A DNA stretch of 64,000 nt from Isosphaeraceae bacterium. Lineage in GTDB: Bacteria; Planctomycetota; Planctomycetia; Isosphaerales; Isosphaeraceae. Position 1 is the stretch's first letter. Each line of letters opens with the position of its first letter. A program made the position numbers and the translations under genes. The notes beneath the pieces are model-generated. The model searched no databases. It saw only the letters and a list, made by a program, of their open reading frames with translations, and had not been told where the DNA came from. The stretch is from NCBI GenBank assembly GCA_965201075.1, contig CBDAVP010000015.1, positions 124,001 through 188,000 of the forward strand, given 5' to 3'. Shown piece by piece: positions 17,928-27,614 of this stretch.

Positions 17928-20900
17928 ATGTCCCATCCCGAAACCGGCGCCGCCCGGCGACGTCGACTCCTGGCAGCCGTGCAGGGTCGCCCCCTTGATG
18001 AGGCCTATCGTCATCAGGCCATCCGCGTCGACCTCGAAGCCGAGGCCCGCGACTCCGCCTCCGCCGGTCGCCAGGACGCCCTCCTGACCGCCGACATGCT
18101 CGAGCACCTCCGCGAGCTGATCGCCGCCAAGGCCCAGGAGGACCAGCCCCCCAGTTCCACCCTGGGGGCCGGCGCCGAGCTTTTCTGTTCGACCGACGTC
18201 GCCGTCATCGTCCCCGGCTTCCTCGCCAGCGCCCTGGCCGATTCTGGCACTCGCGGCCTCGGTTTGATCTGGGTCTCCCCCGCCCTGGTCGTCTCCAACG
18301 AATTGGGCGCCCTCCAACTGGGCCCTTACGACGGTTCCGAGGCCGACCTCGACCCCCGCGTGCGCATCGTCCCCACCGGCCCCTTGCCGATCCTCTACGA
18401 CCTCCTGCGTCTGGCCCTGGAAGTTCGCCGCTATACCACCGTGATCTTCGCCGTTGACTGGCGGAAGGATCTCGACCTCGCCGCCCGACGCCTCGCCGCC
18501 CGCCTTCGCTCCCTCGGCGCCGGCCCGCGACCGGTCCACCTGATCGCCCACTCCCAGGGGGCCCTGGTCGCCCGACGGGCCCTCCAGCACCTGGGCCCCA
18601 CCGAGTCCCGCCGCCTTGTCTCGCAACTGGTCCTGCTCGGCCCGGCCAATTTCGGCAGCTTTTCCGCGGCGCTGGCCCTCGGCGGCGGCCATAGTCTCCT
18701 GCCCCTGGCCAAACGCCTCGCCGTCGAGCCTCCTCAAGGTTTCCAACAGGTCCTGGCCTCCATGACTGGCCTTTATCAGCTCCTCCCCTGGGACTCCTCT
18801 CGCGTTCCCTGGCTTGCCGACAACGACCTGGGCCGGCCTCGCTTCTGGAAAGGGGGGATCGACTTCGCCCGGCTCGACCGCTTTTATGGCTGGGGACGCG
18901 TCGTCGACACCGAGTTCTTCGTCGACCGCACCACCCTGGTCCTCGGCGACAATCACGGGACCCCCACCGTCGGCGGCGTGGCCTTCGACGGCTCGATTCT
19001 GCGGGATGCCCCCGCCTTCGCCCTGCCCGGCGACGGCACGGTCCCTCACTCCTGCTCCCTTCTGCCGAACGCCCGAACGGTCATCGCCGCCGGCACCGAA
19101 CACTCGATGCTCGCCACCTATCGACCCGTCATCAACGCCGTCCTCGACATCCTCGCCAACCGCCCGCTCGCCCTCCCAGCCTTCGCCCGGCCCCCCATTC
19201 TTTCCCTCCTGGAAGGCGTGATCGCGCCGGCTGGCGCGCTGCCCGACTCCCGCTCGCCCGCCGAACCTCGCAAACTTCCGGCCGACCTTCGACCCCTCCC
19301 CGAAGCACGCCCCTCGACGGAGTACCCTCGACCGCGACTCCCTCTGGCCGGCTTCCCGCCGTCCCGCCCCACCGCGCGACGGATCGAACTCGATCTCCCC
19401 GACCCGGAACACTCGACCTCGACGCCCATCCTCGCTCGCCCGATTGAGGAGCGATTCCTGACCGGGCTCATCGCGGAATCCCCGCCCCCGGCCGAAGCCT
19501 TGACCCCGCCCCCCGGTCCCGCCCGTTCGCCGGCCGAAGCCGCGCCCTCGGCGTGGCCTGGGGGCCTCAACGGCTCCTTCCTCTCCTGCTATGACGGTCG
19601 GCAGGCCGAGCCCGAGGCCGCCGTCGAATTCTTCCGCCGCGACCAGCTCCGTCAGGAAGAGTTGATCCGCCGCCCCCACGCCCCTCGTGATGGCCGTTCC
19701 CTGGAGTTGCAGGTGGAGCACGCCGGCCGCGATGCCCGCCTGCCCAGCATGGAACTCATCCTGGACGCCAGCAACCTCCTGCCCTTCGACTTCCTCCGGA
19801 CCGGTGACCGCCTCGGCCGCGCCGTCGTGAAGATCCAACGGTCCGACGGCGCCGCGGGCACCGGCTTCCTCGTGGCCCCCGGCATCCTCCTGACCAACCA
19901 CCACGTCCTGCCCGACGTCGCCACGGCCGCCGGAGCCACCGCCTCGGCCAACTATGAGGTCTCGCCACCGACCGATACCCTCGGCATCCAGCACATCGCC
20001 GCCCTCGATCCCGGCGAACTCTTCCTGGCCAATGCCGACCTTGACTTCGCCTTTTGCGCCGTGCAGGGCCTGGAATTTCTCGGCGTCGTGCCCCTGAACC
20101 GCAACAGCCTCAACGTCATGCGGTCGGAATACGTCAACATCATCCAGCATCCCCGGGGACGCCCCAAGGAGGTCGTTCTCCAGGACAACCGTGTCTTGCG
20201 CGCTGACAACGTGGTGCTGCAATACTCTTGCGACACCGAGCCTGGTTCCTCAGGCAGTCCCGTTTTCAACAATCAGTGGCGGCTGGTGGCGCTGCATCAC
20301 GCGTCGGTCGTGGCCGACGCGGCCCTCGGCCGTCACGCGCCCGACGCCGATCCTACAGCCCGCTACCTCAACGAGGGAATCCGCCTCTCGGCCATCGCCA
20401 CCTGGCTGGAGACCAGCGAGGCCAACACCCCCGAAAACCGCTTGGCCGTCACCCGGCTTCGCGGGATCTTCGGCGGACATGACCCCCAGATCGGCTTCTT
20501 CGGCGCCCTCGGCCGCAAGGCTCACGGGCGCAACGCCGCCGAGGTCGTCGTGGACAGCTACCGAGGCGGCGCCGATGACCTCGATGTCGCCTACTGGAAC
20601 CTTGCCGGATTCGACCTGGCCCGCCCCGACCGGCTCGCCGAGGTCGCCCGCGTCATTGCCGACATGGGCCTGGACCTCTGGTGTCTGGCCCACGCCGACG
20701 CCGAATCCCTGCGCGCCCTCGCCAGCCACCTGGAGACCAATTTCCAGCTCGACCATGCGATGCTTCTCGACAACGACCCCATCGCCCCGGCCATCCTCTA
20801 CCGCAAGTCCCGAACGCTCGCCGTGACGCGCCTCGGCTGGGCTTCGGGCCAGGGACCCCTGGGGGCCACCGCTCGGCTGACGACTCGCCGAGGCGTGATT

Positions 20901-21464
20901 ATCCCCTTCCAGATCGTTCCGGTTCGTCCCGGCGTCCCTCCCCAGGCCCTGGTCGACGCCATCGCCCGCCAGAACGCCCCCGAGTCCGACTGGATCCTGG
21001 TGGGAGCCGCCACCGTCCTGAACGCCGCCCGAGACGACTACGCCCGCGCCGGCCACGACCCCACCGCCCTGGTCTCCGGTCCCGACGGAGCCATCGTCGT
21101 GCTGAGGACTCCCGCCTCGCAGGTGGACCGCGTCTTCGCCTCCCCCAACCTGGAACTCGTCGCGGGCTCCCCCGACCTCCTCGACATCGCCCGCGACCGG
21201 GAGCTTCCCCGCTCCGCCGAATCCCTGGACGGCCCCCGACCCGTCGCCCTCCGGCTCGCCGCCAACGGACCTTTGACTCTCCCCAATCCCCCAATCACGC
21301 CAAACCCCATTGCCATCTCGACGACCATCGCCGCCGCGTCGCCCTCCTGCCCGCCCGTCGCGGCCACCATCGACGACGATGCTCTCGAACGGAAGCTGAA
21401 AGCCCTGCTCGGCCCGATGCTCGCCCAACTCCTGGGAACGCTTCCCCCTAACACCTCAACCTGA
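17928..21464 (+). CDS. Multidomain protein: alpha/beta hydrolase + trypsin-like serine protease + degenerate EEP (endonuclease/exonuclease/phosphatase)-like domain
   Basis: VPGFLAS, HLIAHSQGAL, GDGTVP, EHS (hydrolase); GTGFLV, LTNHHV, LDFA, IIQHP, DTEPGSSGSPVFN, ALHH (trypsin); VAYWNL, VDRVFASPNL, RPVALRL (EEP-like); start uncertain. Confidence 0.8.
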   Translation: MSHPETGAARRRRLLAAVQGRPLDEAYRHQAIRVDLEAEARDSASAGRQDALLTADMLEHLRELIAAKAQEDQPPSSTLGAGAELFCSTDVAVIVPGFLASALADSGTRGLGLIWVSPALVVSNELGALQLGPYDGSEADLDPRVRIVPTGPLPILYDLLRLALEVRRYTTVIFAVDWRKDLDLAARRLAARLRSLGAGPRPVHLIAHSQGALVARRALQHLGPTESRRLVSQLVLLGPANFGSFSAALALGGGHSLLPLAKRLAVEPPQGFQQVLASMTGLYQLLPWDSSRVPWLADNDLGRPRFWKGGIDFARLDRFYGWGRVVDTEFFVDRTTLVLGDNHGTPTVGGVAFDGSILRDAPAFALPGDGTVPHSCSLLPNARTVIAAGTEHSMLATYRPVINAVLDILANRPLALPAFARPPILSLLEGVIAPAGALPDSRSPAEPRKLPADLRPLPEARPSTEYPRPRLPLAGFPPSRPTARRIELDLPDPEHSTSTPILARPIEERFLTGLIAESPPPAEALTPPPGPARSPAEAAPSAWPGGLNGSFLSCYDGRQAEPEAAVEFFRRDQLRQEELIRRPHAPRDGRSLELQVEHAGRDARLPSMELILDASNLLPFDFLRTGDRLGRAVVKIQRSDGAAGTGFLVAPGILLTNHHVLPDVATAAGATASANYEVSPPTDTLGIQHIAALDPGELFLANADLDFAFCAVQGLEFLGVVPLNRNSLNVMRSEYVNIIQHPRGRPKEVVLQDNRVLRADNVVLQYSCDTEPGSSGSPVFNNQWRLVALHHASVVADAALGRHAPDADPTARYLNEGIRLSAIATWLETSEANTPENRLAVTRLRGIFGGHDPQIGFFGALGRKAHGRNAAEVVVDSYRGGADDLDVAYWNLAGFDLARPDRLAEVARVIADMGLDLWCLAHADAESLRALASHLETNFQLDHAMLLDNDPIAPAILYRKSRTLAVTRLGWASGQGPLGATARLTTRRGVIIPFQIVPVRPGVPPQALVDAIARQNAPESDWILVGAATVLNAARDDYARAGHDPTALVSGPDGAIVVLRTPASQVDRVFASPNLELVAGSPDLLDIARDRELPRSAESLDGPRPVALRLAANGPLTLPNPPITPNPIAISTTIAAASPSCPPVAATIDDDALERKLKALLGPMLAQLLGTLPPNTST

Positions 21465-21653
21465 GAATGGCACGCCTCCAAACCCTCCGACCCCGTCCCG
21501 CATCGAAATTGGGTCGGGATGCACAAAAGGGAGAACACTCGGTTGGGAGACTCGAGAGCAAAAGGTTGTCAGATCAAAGGCAGGCCAGGGGAATGTACGA
21601 GACGCCTGGATCAAAACAGCCCGAGCCGAGGAGCTACCCTGGCTCGGAGCGAT

Positions 21654-22082
21654 TTATTCGTCGATTTCGATGTCGATGGTATTTTCACCAGCGACAACCG
21701 TCTTCTTCAATGGCGAGGATTCCGGGTTGCCGTACTTCTTGGGAATCAGCGATTTGAACTCCGCTTTCGCGCCCCGGGGCGGGGGCGGTTCCATCGCGAT
21801 GACGGCCACCTTGTGGTCACCGACGAGAGCGCCGTCACCAGGAGCGTTGGTCGTCAACTCATAGGTGCCATCGGGCTTGATGTCCCCGGCGGCGGGATGA
21901 GGCAGACCCTCGCCGGGCGAGGCGGTCGGCAAGAACAGCACTCGGCCGGAGGTCAGAGGCTTGCCCTTGACCGTCACCTTGCCGTGAACCTTGGCCAGCG
22001 AAATTCGGGCCTCGGCCTGACAGCCGACCAATCCCAGGACGGCGGCCATCCCGAGACCAGCCATGATCGTTCCCAACCTCAT
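21654..22082 (-). CDS. Planctomycete lipoprotein, carboxypeptidase-regulatory-like domain
   Basis: Lipobox LVGC, VHGKVTVKGKPL, GALVGDHKV, IPKKY...SPL; sits downstream of the DUF1559 gene. Confidence 0.8.
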   Translation of the reverse strand: MRLGTIMAGLGMAAVLGLVGCQAEARISLAKVHGKVTVKGKPLTSGRVLFLPTASPGEGLPHPAAGDIKPDGTYELTTNAPGDGALVGDHKVAVIAMEPPPPRGAKAEFKSLIPKKYGNPESSPLKKTVVAGENTIDIEIDE

Positions 22083-22181
22083 CGAGAACCGCCCTCCCAT
22101 TCGAGCTCGAAGCCGCGGGCCGGGTTTTGCGCGCCGGCCCGCGACTCCCTGGAAATTCCCATGCGGACCCTTGCCATGCGA

Positions 22182-23213
22182 TCAGTACGAATCAGCCGAG
22201 ACAACTTCGTTGGCGGCGCGCGTGCCGATGGCGAACCAGGCATTGACGTTGACGCTGTTCTTGATCGCGCGGGTCGAGCCATCGCAAAACAGGACATTCA
22301 CCACGCCTGGGTGGCGACTGCTGGTGGTGTAAGCGCTGCCGTTAACATCCTGGTTGTTGGTGGTGCAGCTCCAGGTGTTCGGCGGCATGACGTGGTGATA
22401 CCAGCCCCCGTCATCGGGCAGCCCGCTCTGCCACTGAGAGCCCGAGGACGCCATGGTGGAAAGGTTCGTGGCGTTGGGCCGATTGGCCAGGCAGGCCAGG
22501 TAGGTCGTGGTCGGGTCGCCGTTGAACCAGGAGTTGGTATTCGAGGCGCTGGAGGTCGGGTTCGAGGGGTCGAGGGAATCGGTATTGGCCTGGCCAATGC
22601 CCTTCACTCGCTCGGCGAAGGCGGCCGTCTGGCTCGTCCCATCAGTGATGTCACGCAGCTTCACGGCCGGCTGGACATCGTAATTGGAGGCGATCCCCAG
22701 GTTCGAGCCGGCGATCGACAGGTTGTAGTTCATGGAGTAGCAGTTGGTACCTGCGTTCATGGCGTAGTTGCTGTGACCGGAAAGGACGCCGTTGACCACC
22801 GGGGTGATCCGGTCGAGGTCCGAGGGGCAAAGGAGGTAATTCACCTGCGTCGTGATGGCGGTGTAGTTTTCCGCCGACATCGGGTTGAACAGCATCGCGT
22901 GGCCGGTGTTGGCGAAATTGACCGAATTGAATAGGGCCGACTGCTCAATGAACGGCAGCATGCCGATGTGGGCCGACCAGTCGTTCCACCCCGTGTAACC
23001 CTTGCCCATCGGCAAGGCACCATTGGCGCTCTCATAGTTGTGAAGGCCCAGCCCAATCTGCTTGAGATTGTTGGTGCACTGGGACCGCCGAGCGGCCTCG
23101 CGTGCCGCCTGGACCGCCGGCAGCAGCAGGCCGATCAAAACACCGATGATGGCGATGACGACCAGCAGCTCAATCAGGGTGAATCCGCGTCGGAACCGTG
23201 GCTGGCGAATCAT
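22182..23213 (-). CDS. DUF1559 / prepilin-type N-terminal cleavage-methylation domain protein (H-X9-DG-CTERM)
   Basis: [68 protein letters not shown]. Confidence 0.95.
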   Translation of the reverse strand: MIRQPRFRRGFTLIELLVVIAIIGVLIGLLLPAVQAAREAARRSQCTNNLKQIGLGLHNYESANGALPMGKGYTGWNDWSAHIGMLPFIEQSALFNSVNFANTGHAMLFNPMSAENYTAITTQVNYLLCPSDLDRITPVVNGVLSGHSNYAMNAGTNCYSMNYNLSIAGSNLGIASNYDVQPAVKLRDITDGTSQTAAFAERVKGIGQANTDSLDPSNPTSSASNTNSWFNGDPTTTYLACLANRPNATNLSTMASSGSQWQSGLPDDGGWYHHVMPPNTWSCTTNNQDVNGSAYTTSSRHPGVVNVLFCDGSTRAIKNSVNVNAWFAIGTRAANEVVSADSY

Positions 23214-23303
23214 GGAGAGAATCTCCGGAAGAAGGGGGCGGTTGGGCGGCAACCGCCGGGTCGGGATGGTGGAAGGGAAAATCGCTCGGAACCGAGCCAG
23301 AAT

Positions 23304-24998
23304 TCAAAGATAGGGACGACCGACGTCGTAAAGCTCCTCGATCTCAAGAGGATCAAGGGCCCGATCGAAGATGGCGAACTCGTCGATTCGCCCGTTCAGG
23401 TTGCGTTGGATGTCGGCATCGGTCGGGTCGGGCGTCCAGTTGCCAACCTCGGCCCAGCCGGGGCGGATTCGGACGCGTGTCCCCACGCGGGCCTCTCCCA
23501 GTTTGTGACCATTGGCATACTGCCGGACGACCCCATCGGCGCCCACGGTCGCGGCCAGTTGCATCCAGAGACCGAAGCCACCAGGACTCAGTCCGATGAC
23601 CCGCGACTCGTGGTGCAACACGCCGTGGATGACGAGCACCAACCGCCCATCTCCCAGGATCTCCCAGTGAATCTGTCCGCCTTGGCCCCAGGCGTCGGAA
23701 GACAGCAAAGACGTCTTGGAATGTCCATCGAGCCCGTCGACTCGCAGCCAGGTCAACAAGGTCAGGGCCGGGTAATCGCCGGTGAAATGAACTCGCACGC
23801 GGTCGCTAGGCCGTTTCAGTTCCAGAGCCCCCTTCCCAGGCCAGCGTCCCTCGGTCCACTGGCCGCCGACAATGCCGCCATCCAGCGACCCATCCCGACC
23901 TTCGACCTGATCCAGCAGCATCCGTTCCCAGCGCTGTTGACCCTCGAACGAGTAGTACAGGACCAGGCGTCGGTCGGTCTGAAGGCGGCGACTCCGCTCG
24001 ACCCAGGAACGGTAACGCTCTTGCCCCTCGGCCGAGGAACGTCGCTCCAGCTCCCGAGCGCTGACGAACGTATCGGGCTCGACGGTCGCGGTACGCTCGC
24101 CACCGTCGACTTCCACGTGAACCCCCTGCCCCTGGCGAAGCCGGCGGGCGGGGATGGGTCCGTCGGGGGTCTGCCGACGCTGAAGCTCGACCAGCCCCTC
24201 GAAAACCTGGACCTCCGAGTCGCCCGCCTCACCCACTTTCACGCCGAACTCGGTCCCCAGGTCCACGACCTCGGCGCCGGGGGTCAGCAACGTGAAGTTG
24301 TTGGCATGAAGAGGAGCGCGCACCCGGACCTTTCCTCGACGGCAAAGCGCCCGGTCGGCCGCGAGCAACTCCAGATCCGCCGGTCCCTCAACCACCACGA
24401 TCGCCCCACCATAGAACTCCACCTGCGCCAGCCCCGATTCCAACCTCAGCCGGCCGGTCGGCAAGGCCGATCCCAGGTCCGTGGGCAAGGTGGTGGGCCC
24501 CCAACGGACGTCAATGGCCCGGGTCAGAACCGCCACGGTCCGCCGGACGACTTTCCTCGGGGCTTTCGTCCCACCGGAGACCGAGGTCCCCGGAGAACCG
24601 GCCGATCCGCCGCGCAGGGTCGCGACCAGAACCCGTCTCGCCGTCGGCAAGTTGGTGACCACCGCCACCAGGCAAGCGGCCGCGGCAACCGCCCAGGGGA
24701 GCCAGGCCCACCGGCTCAACCGTCGAGTTCGAGCCACCGGAGCGGGCCTCGTCGCCACTGCCTCGAAGACACGCGCCGGCAAACCCGGCAACTCCTCGCC
24801 GAGGGAATGGATGCCGCCGAGTTGATGCAACAATTCCGCCTGGGTCTGCAAATATGCAACACAATGACGGCGGGCATCGGCGTCGGCCAGGGTCAGCGCC
24901 TCCAGCCTCGCCAACTGCTCGGGGCTGGCGGCCTCTTCGCAAACGGCCTCAAGCAGGGCGTCAAGCTCAACGGGTCCCCATTCCGACTCGCGGGTCAT
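23304..24998 (-). CDS. FecR-like anti-sigma factor with C-terminal LamG-like jellyroll
   Basis: N-terminal anti-sigma helices, TM segment, VVDLGTEFGV and VFEGLVE (FecR), LNGRIDEFAIFDRAL (LamG); ATGA overlap with sigma factor. Confidence 0.85.
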   Translation of the reverse strand: MTRESEWGPVELDALLEAVCEEAASPEQLARLEALTLADADARRHCVAYLQTQAELLHQLGGIHSLGEELPGLPARVFEAVATRPAPVARTRRLSRWAWLPWAVAAAACLVAVVTNLPTARRVLVATLRGGSAGSPGTSVSGGTKAPRKVVRRTVAVLTRAIDVRWGPTTLPTDLGSALPTGRLRLESGLAQVEFYGGAIVVVEGPADLELLAADRALCRRGKVRVRAPLHANNFTLLTPGAEVVDLGTEFGVKVGEAGDSEVQVFEGLVELQRRQTPDGPIPARRLRQGQGVHVEVDGGERTATVEPDTFVSARELERRSSAEGQERYRSWVERSRRLQTDRRLVLYYSFEGQQRWERMLLDQVEGRDGSLDGGIVGGQWTEGRWPGKGALELKRPSDRVRVHFTGDYPALTLLTWLRVDGLDGHSKTSLLSSDAWGQGGQIHWEILGDGRLVLVIHGVLHHESRVIGLSPGGFGLWMQLAATVGADGVVRQYANGHKLGEARVGTRVRIRPGWAEVGNWTPDPTDADIQRNLNGRIDEFAIFDRALDPLEIEELYDVGRPYL

Positions 24999-25702
24999 CG
25001 CCGTCCCCCCTCGGCCAGCGACCGGCTGACGCAGTCGAACAATCCACGACGAATGCGTTGGAGGGCCTTGTAAACCGCGTCAACCGACCGGCCCAGGCCA
25101 TCGGCCGTCGACCTCGTGGTCGAGCCCTCGCCCAGCCGGAGAGTCAAAAGATCACGGTCCGGTCGTCTGAGTTTCTCAAGGCAGCGGGCCAGGGCCTCTC
25201 GGCGGTCCTCCAGATTTCGAGCCATCGCCTCATCCGCCATCGTCCCGGCGAGCTGTTCCATCAACGACTCACTGAACAGCACCCTCTGCCGGCGCTTGGA
25301 TTTGCGATAATCGAGGATACGGAAATGAGCGATCCGGCAGCCCCACGCCACGAAATCCTCCGGGACCGAGTGCTCGTCGAACTTCTGCCACATCACCAGG
25401 CTCACGGCCTGAAGAATGTCCTCGGCATCCGCTCGGTGGGGCAGCAACGTAAAGATGTAGGCGAAAATCCGCCGCTCCGCCGCGACGAATCGCGCCAGGA
25501 ACTCATTCCGGCGGGCGTCGGTCTCCTCTTCCTCGGCCCGGACGAGGTTGAGCCGGCCGGCGGCCGGTATCGGGGTAGTCCGGGACAGTCCAGCATCTCG
25601 ACGAGTCGAGAGACCGCCGGGGTCCGATTCCCCCTCCGGCCGATCGTCGGGCGCCAAGCTCCGGGCCTCCCCACTCGCCAACGGAAACGCCTCCTGCATC
25701 AC
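24995..25702 (-). CDS. ECF-type sigma-70 RNA polymerase sigma factor
   Basis: IFAYIFTLL..RADAEDILQ, FVAWGCRIA, region 4 SVDAVYKALQRIRRGLFDCV; true start may be downstream of 25702. Confidence 0.9.
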   Translation of the reverse strand: MMQEAFPLASGEARSLAPDDRPEGESDPGGLSTRRDAGLSRTTPIPAAGRLNLVRAEEEETDARRNEFLARFVAAERRIFAYIFTLLPHRADAEDILQAVSLVMWQKFDEHSVPEDFVAWGCRIAHFRILDYRKSKRRQRVLFSESLMEQLAGTMADEAMARNLEDRREALARCLEKLRRPDRDLLTLRLGEGSTTRSTADGLGRSVDAVYKALQRIRRGLFDCVSRSLAEGGRR

Positions 25703-26094
25703 AAGGTCGCGGTCGCAAGGTCGACCCTTCCCCGGTCAACGCTCCGAGTTGGCGAGACGGTTTCGCCTTGCCAATCGCGGATCGAAAATTTCCAGCGGAT
25801 CTTCGCGACAGGATGGAACATCCAGGGAGTGGCCGGTCGAGATCCAAATTGGAACGCAATCTTGTCAAAATTCGGAAATTTCCCCAAATCCGACTTCTCC
25901 ACGAATGGGAGGATGCCTCGACTCCGCGGCCGGATTCTCGGCGAAGTTCGCCGAGACCGGTTCGACGGCCCTTCCCCGTGTCCGGAGGAACCCCGCTTAT
26001 CAGGCCCCGCCCCTTTGCGGTAAAGTCAGGGGCGGCGGGCCGGGACCTCGGCCCTCGCCGCTGAAATCTCGGGGGCTTTCCACGGGAGGCCGAC

Positions 26095-27489
26095 GTGTCG
26101 CGCCGATTCCACGCTCGCCTCGAACCGCTGTTGCTGGTCGCCGCCCTGGCCGCGACGGTCTCTCCCCGCGGCACCCACGCAGCTGATCCGCCCGGCCCCG
26201 CCGCCGCCGATGACGCCGAGGCGCGGGCCCTGTTCCTCGAAGTCGTCGGCGCGTATCGGGCTCTCGATGCCTATGACGACCAGGGAACCTTCACCGTCGA
26301 GGTTTCCGTCGATGGCCGGAATATCCGCGACCGTCGGCCCATGCGTCTAGGTTTCGCCCGGCCGGGCAAGATCGCCCTTGATGCCGGCGACGTCAAGCTC
26401 GTCGGTGACGGTCAGTCGCTGGCCACGGTGATCGTGCCCGACCGGACCTACATGGTCGCCAAGTCGGCGGGCTCCCTCGCCCCCGCTCTCCTGGTCGAGG
26501 GGCCGTTGGGGGCAATGCTGCGAGGAGGACCCGCCGGCCCATCGGCCTCTCCGCTCCTGGGCGACGCTCTCCTGTTGGACCTGCTGATCGGCCCCGACCC
26601 CGCCGCGACGACCTTGGAGAACACGCGATCCTTGAAACTGGAGGCCGACGCCGAGGTCGCCGGGCACGCTGTCCGGGTCCTGCTTCTGGAGCAGCAACGA
26701 GGCCCGGCGATCCGCCTATTCCTCGACCCCAAGACCAAATGGCTCAACCGCGTCGAGGTCGTCGTGACCCCCGGTGACCTGGCCGGCAAGGTCCCTGGGG
26801 TCGCCCTGGCCGACGCGTCGATCGCCTGGGAAAGCGGACCCATCACCACCGGACCCGTCACCGACGACCGCTTCGCCTTCCACGCCCCCGAGGGATATAC
26901 CGAGGTCGCGCCAATCGCTTTGGGCAAATCACCCGCAGGTACGAAGGACGCTGAACCCGAACACGAACTGGTCGGCAAGCCCGCCCCCGAGTTCACCGTG
27001 ACCGTCCTGGACGGGCCCGACAAGACACAGCTGCTTCGAAAGGTAGACCTCGCCGGCAAGGTGGTGCTCCTGGACTTCTGGGCAACCTGGTGTGGCCCCT
27101 GCCTGATCGAGCTTCCCGAAATCGCCAAGCTCGTGACCACTTACGACGAGGCGAAGAAGGGGGTCGTGGTCGTCGCCATCAGTCAGGACGCCGCCCCCGA
27201 CGGACCCGCCCCCCTGCGGAAGCTCATTGAGGAGAAGCTGGCCGAGGAAAAGCTGGAATTGATCAGGGGCGAGGTCGGCAAGGTCGCGCTCGACCCCACC
27301 CACGCGGTCGGCCAGGCCTTTGGCGTCCAGGGAATTCCGATGGTCGTCCTGCTCGACGGCAAGGGCATGGTCCGCGCGGTCCACATCGGGGCCCGTCCCG
27401 AGATTGGGACCATCCTGGCCACCGAGATCGACGCCCTGCTCAATGGCAAGGCCGCGGCGTTGACCGACGAGGCCAAGCCCGCTCGCTGA
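26095..27489 (+). CDS. Exported TlpA-family redoxin with N-terminal LolA-like (DUF2092-like) domain
   Basis: Signal peptide; FARPGK and FAFHAPEG (LolA-like); GKVVLLDFWATWCGPC, GIPMVVLLD. Confidence 0.8.
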   Translation: MSRRFHARLEPLLLVAALAATVSPRGTHAADPPGPAAADDAEARALFLEVVGAYRALDAYDDQGTFTVEVSVDGRNIRDRRPMRLGFARPGKIALDAGDVKLVGDGQSLATVIVPDRTYMVAKSAGSLAPALLVEGPLGAMLRGGPAGPSASPLLGDALLLDLLIGPDPAATTLENTRSLKLEADAEVAGHAVRVLLLEQQRGPAIRLFLDPKTKWLNRVEVVVTPGDLAGKVPGVALADASIAWESGPITTGPVTDDRFAFHAPEGYTEVAPIALGKSPAGTKDAEPEHELVGKPAPEFTVTVLDGPDKTQLLRKVDLAGKVVLLDFWATWCGPCLIELPEIAKLVTTYDEAKKGVVVVAISQDAAPDGPAPLRKLIEEKLAEEKLELIRGEVGKVALDPTHAVGQAFGVQGIPMVVLLDGKGMVRAVHIGARPEIGTILATEIDALLNGKAAALTDEAKPAR

Positions 27490-27614
27490 GGCGAACGGCG
27501 AACCGCGACGGCCAGCCGGCATTGCGGCAAACGCGACCTTCGGCTTATGCTGTTCGGACCTCGACAGGGCCTTTTGACACGCCCGACGACGGCCCAGACG
27601 CGGAGGATCGAGGC

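Noticed and set aside
17655..20222. 855-aa minus-strand ORF
   Set aside because: Antisense to the hydrolase-trypsin fusion; Gly/Glu-rich shadow translation with no domain signal.
21519..26023. Long plus-strand ORFs (471, 701 and 389 aa)
   Set aside because: Antisense to the well-supported lipoprotein, DUF1559, FecR and sigma genes.
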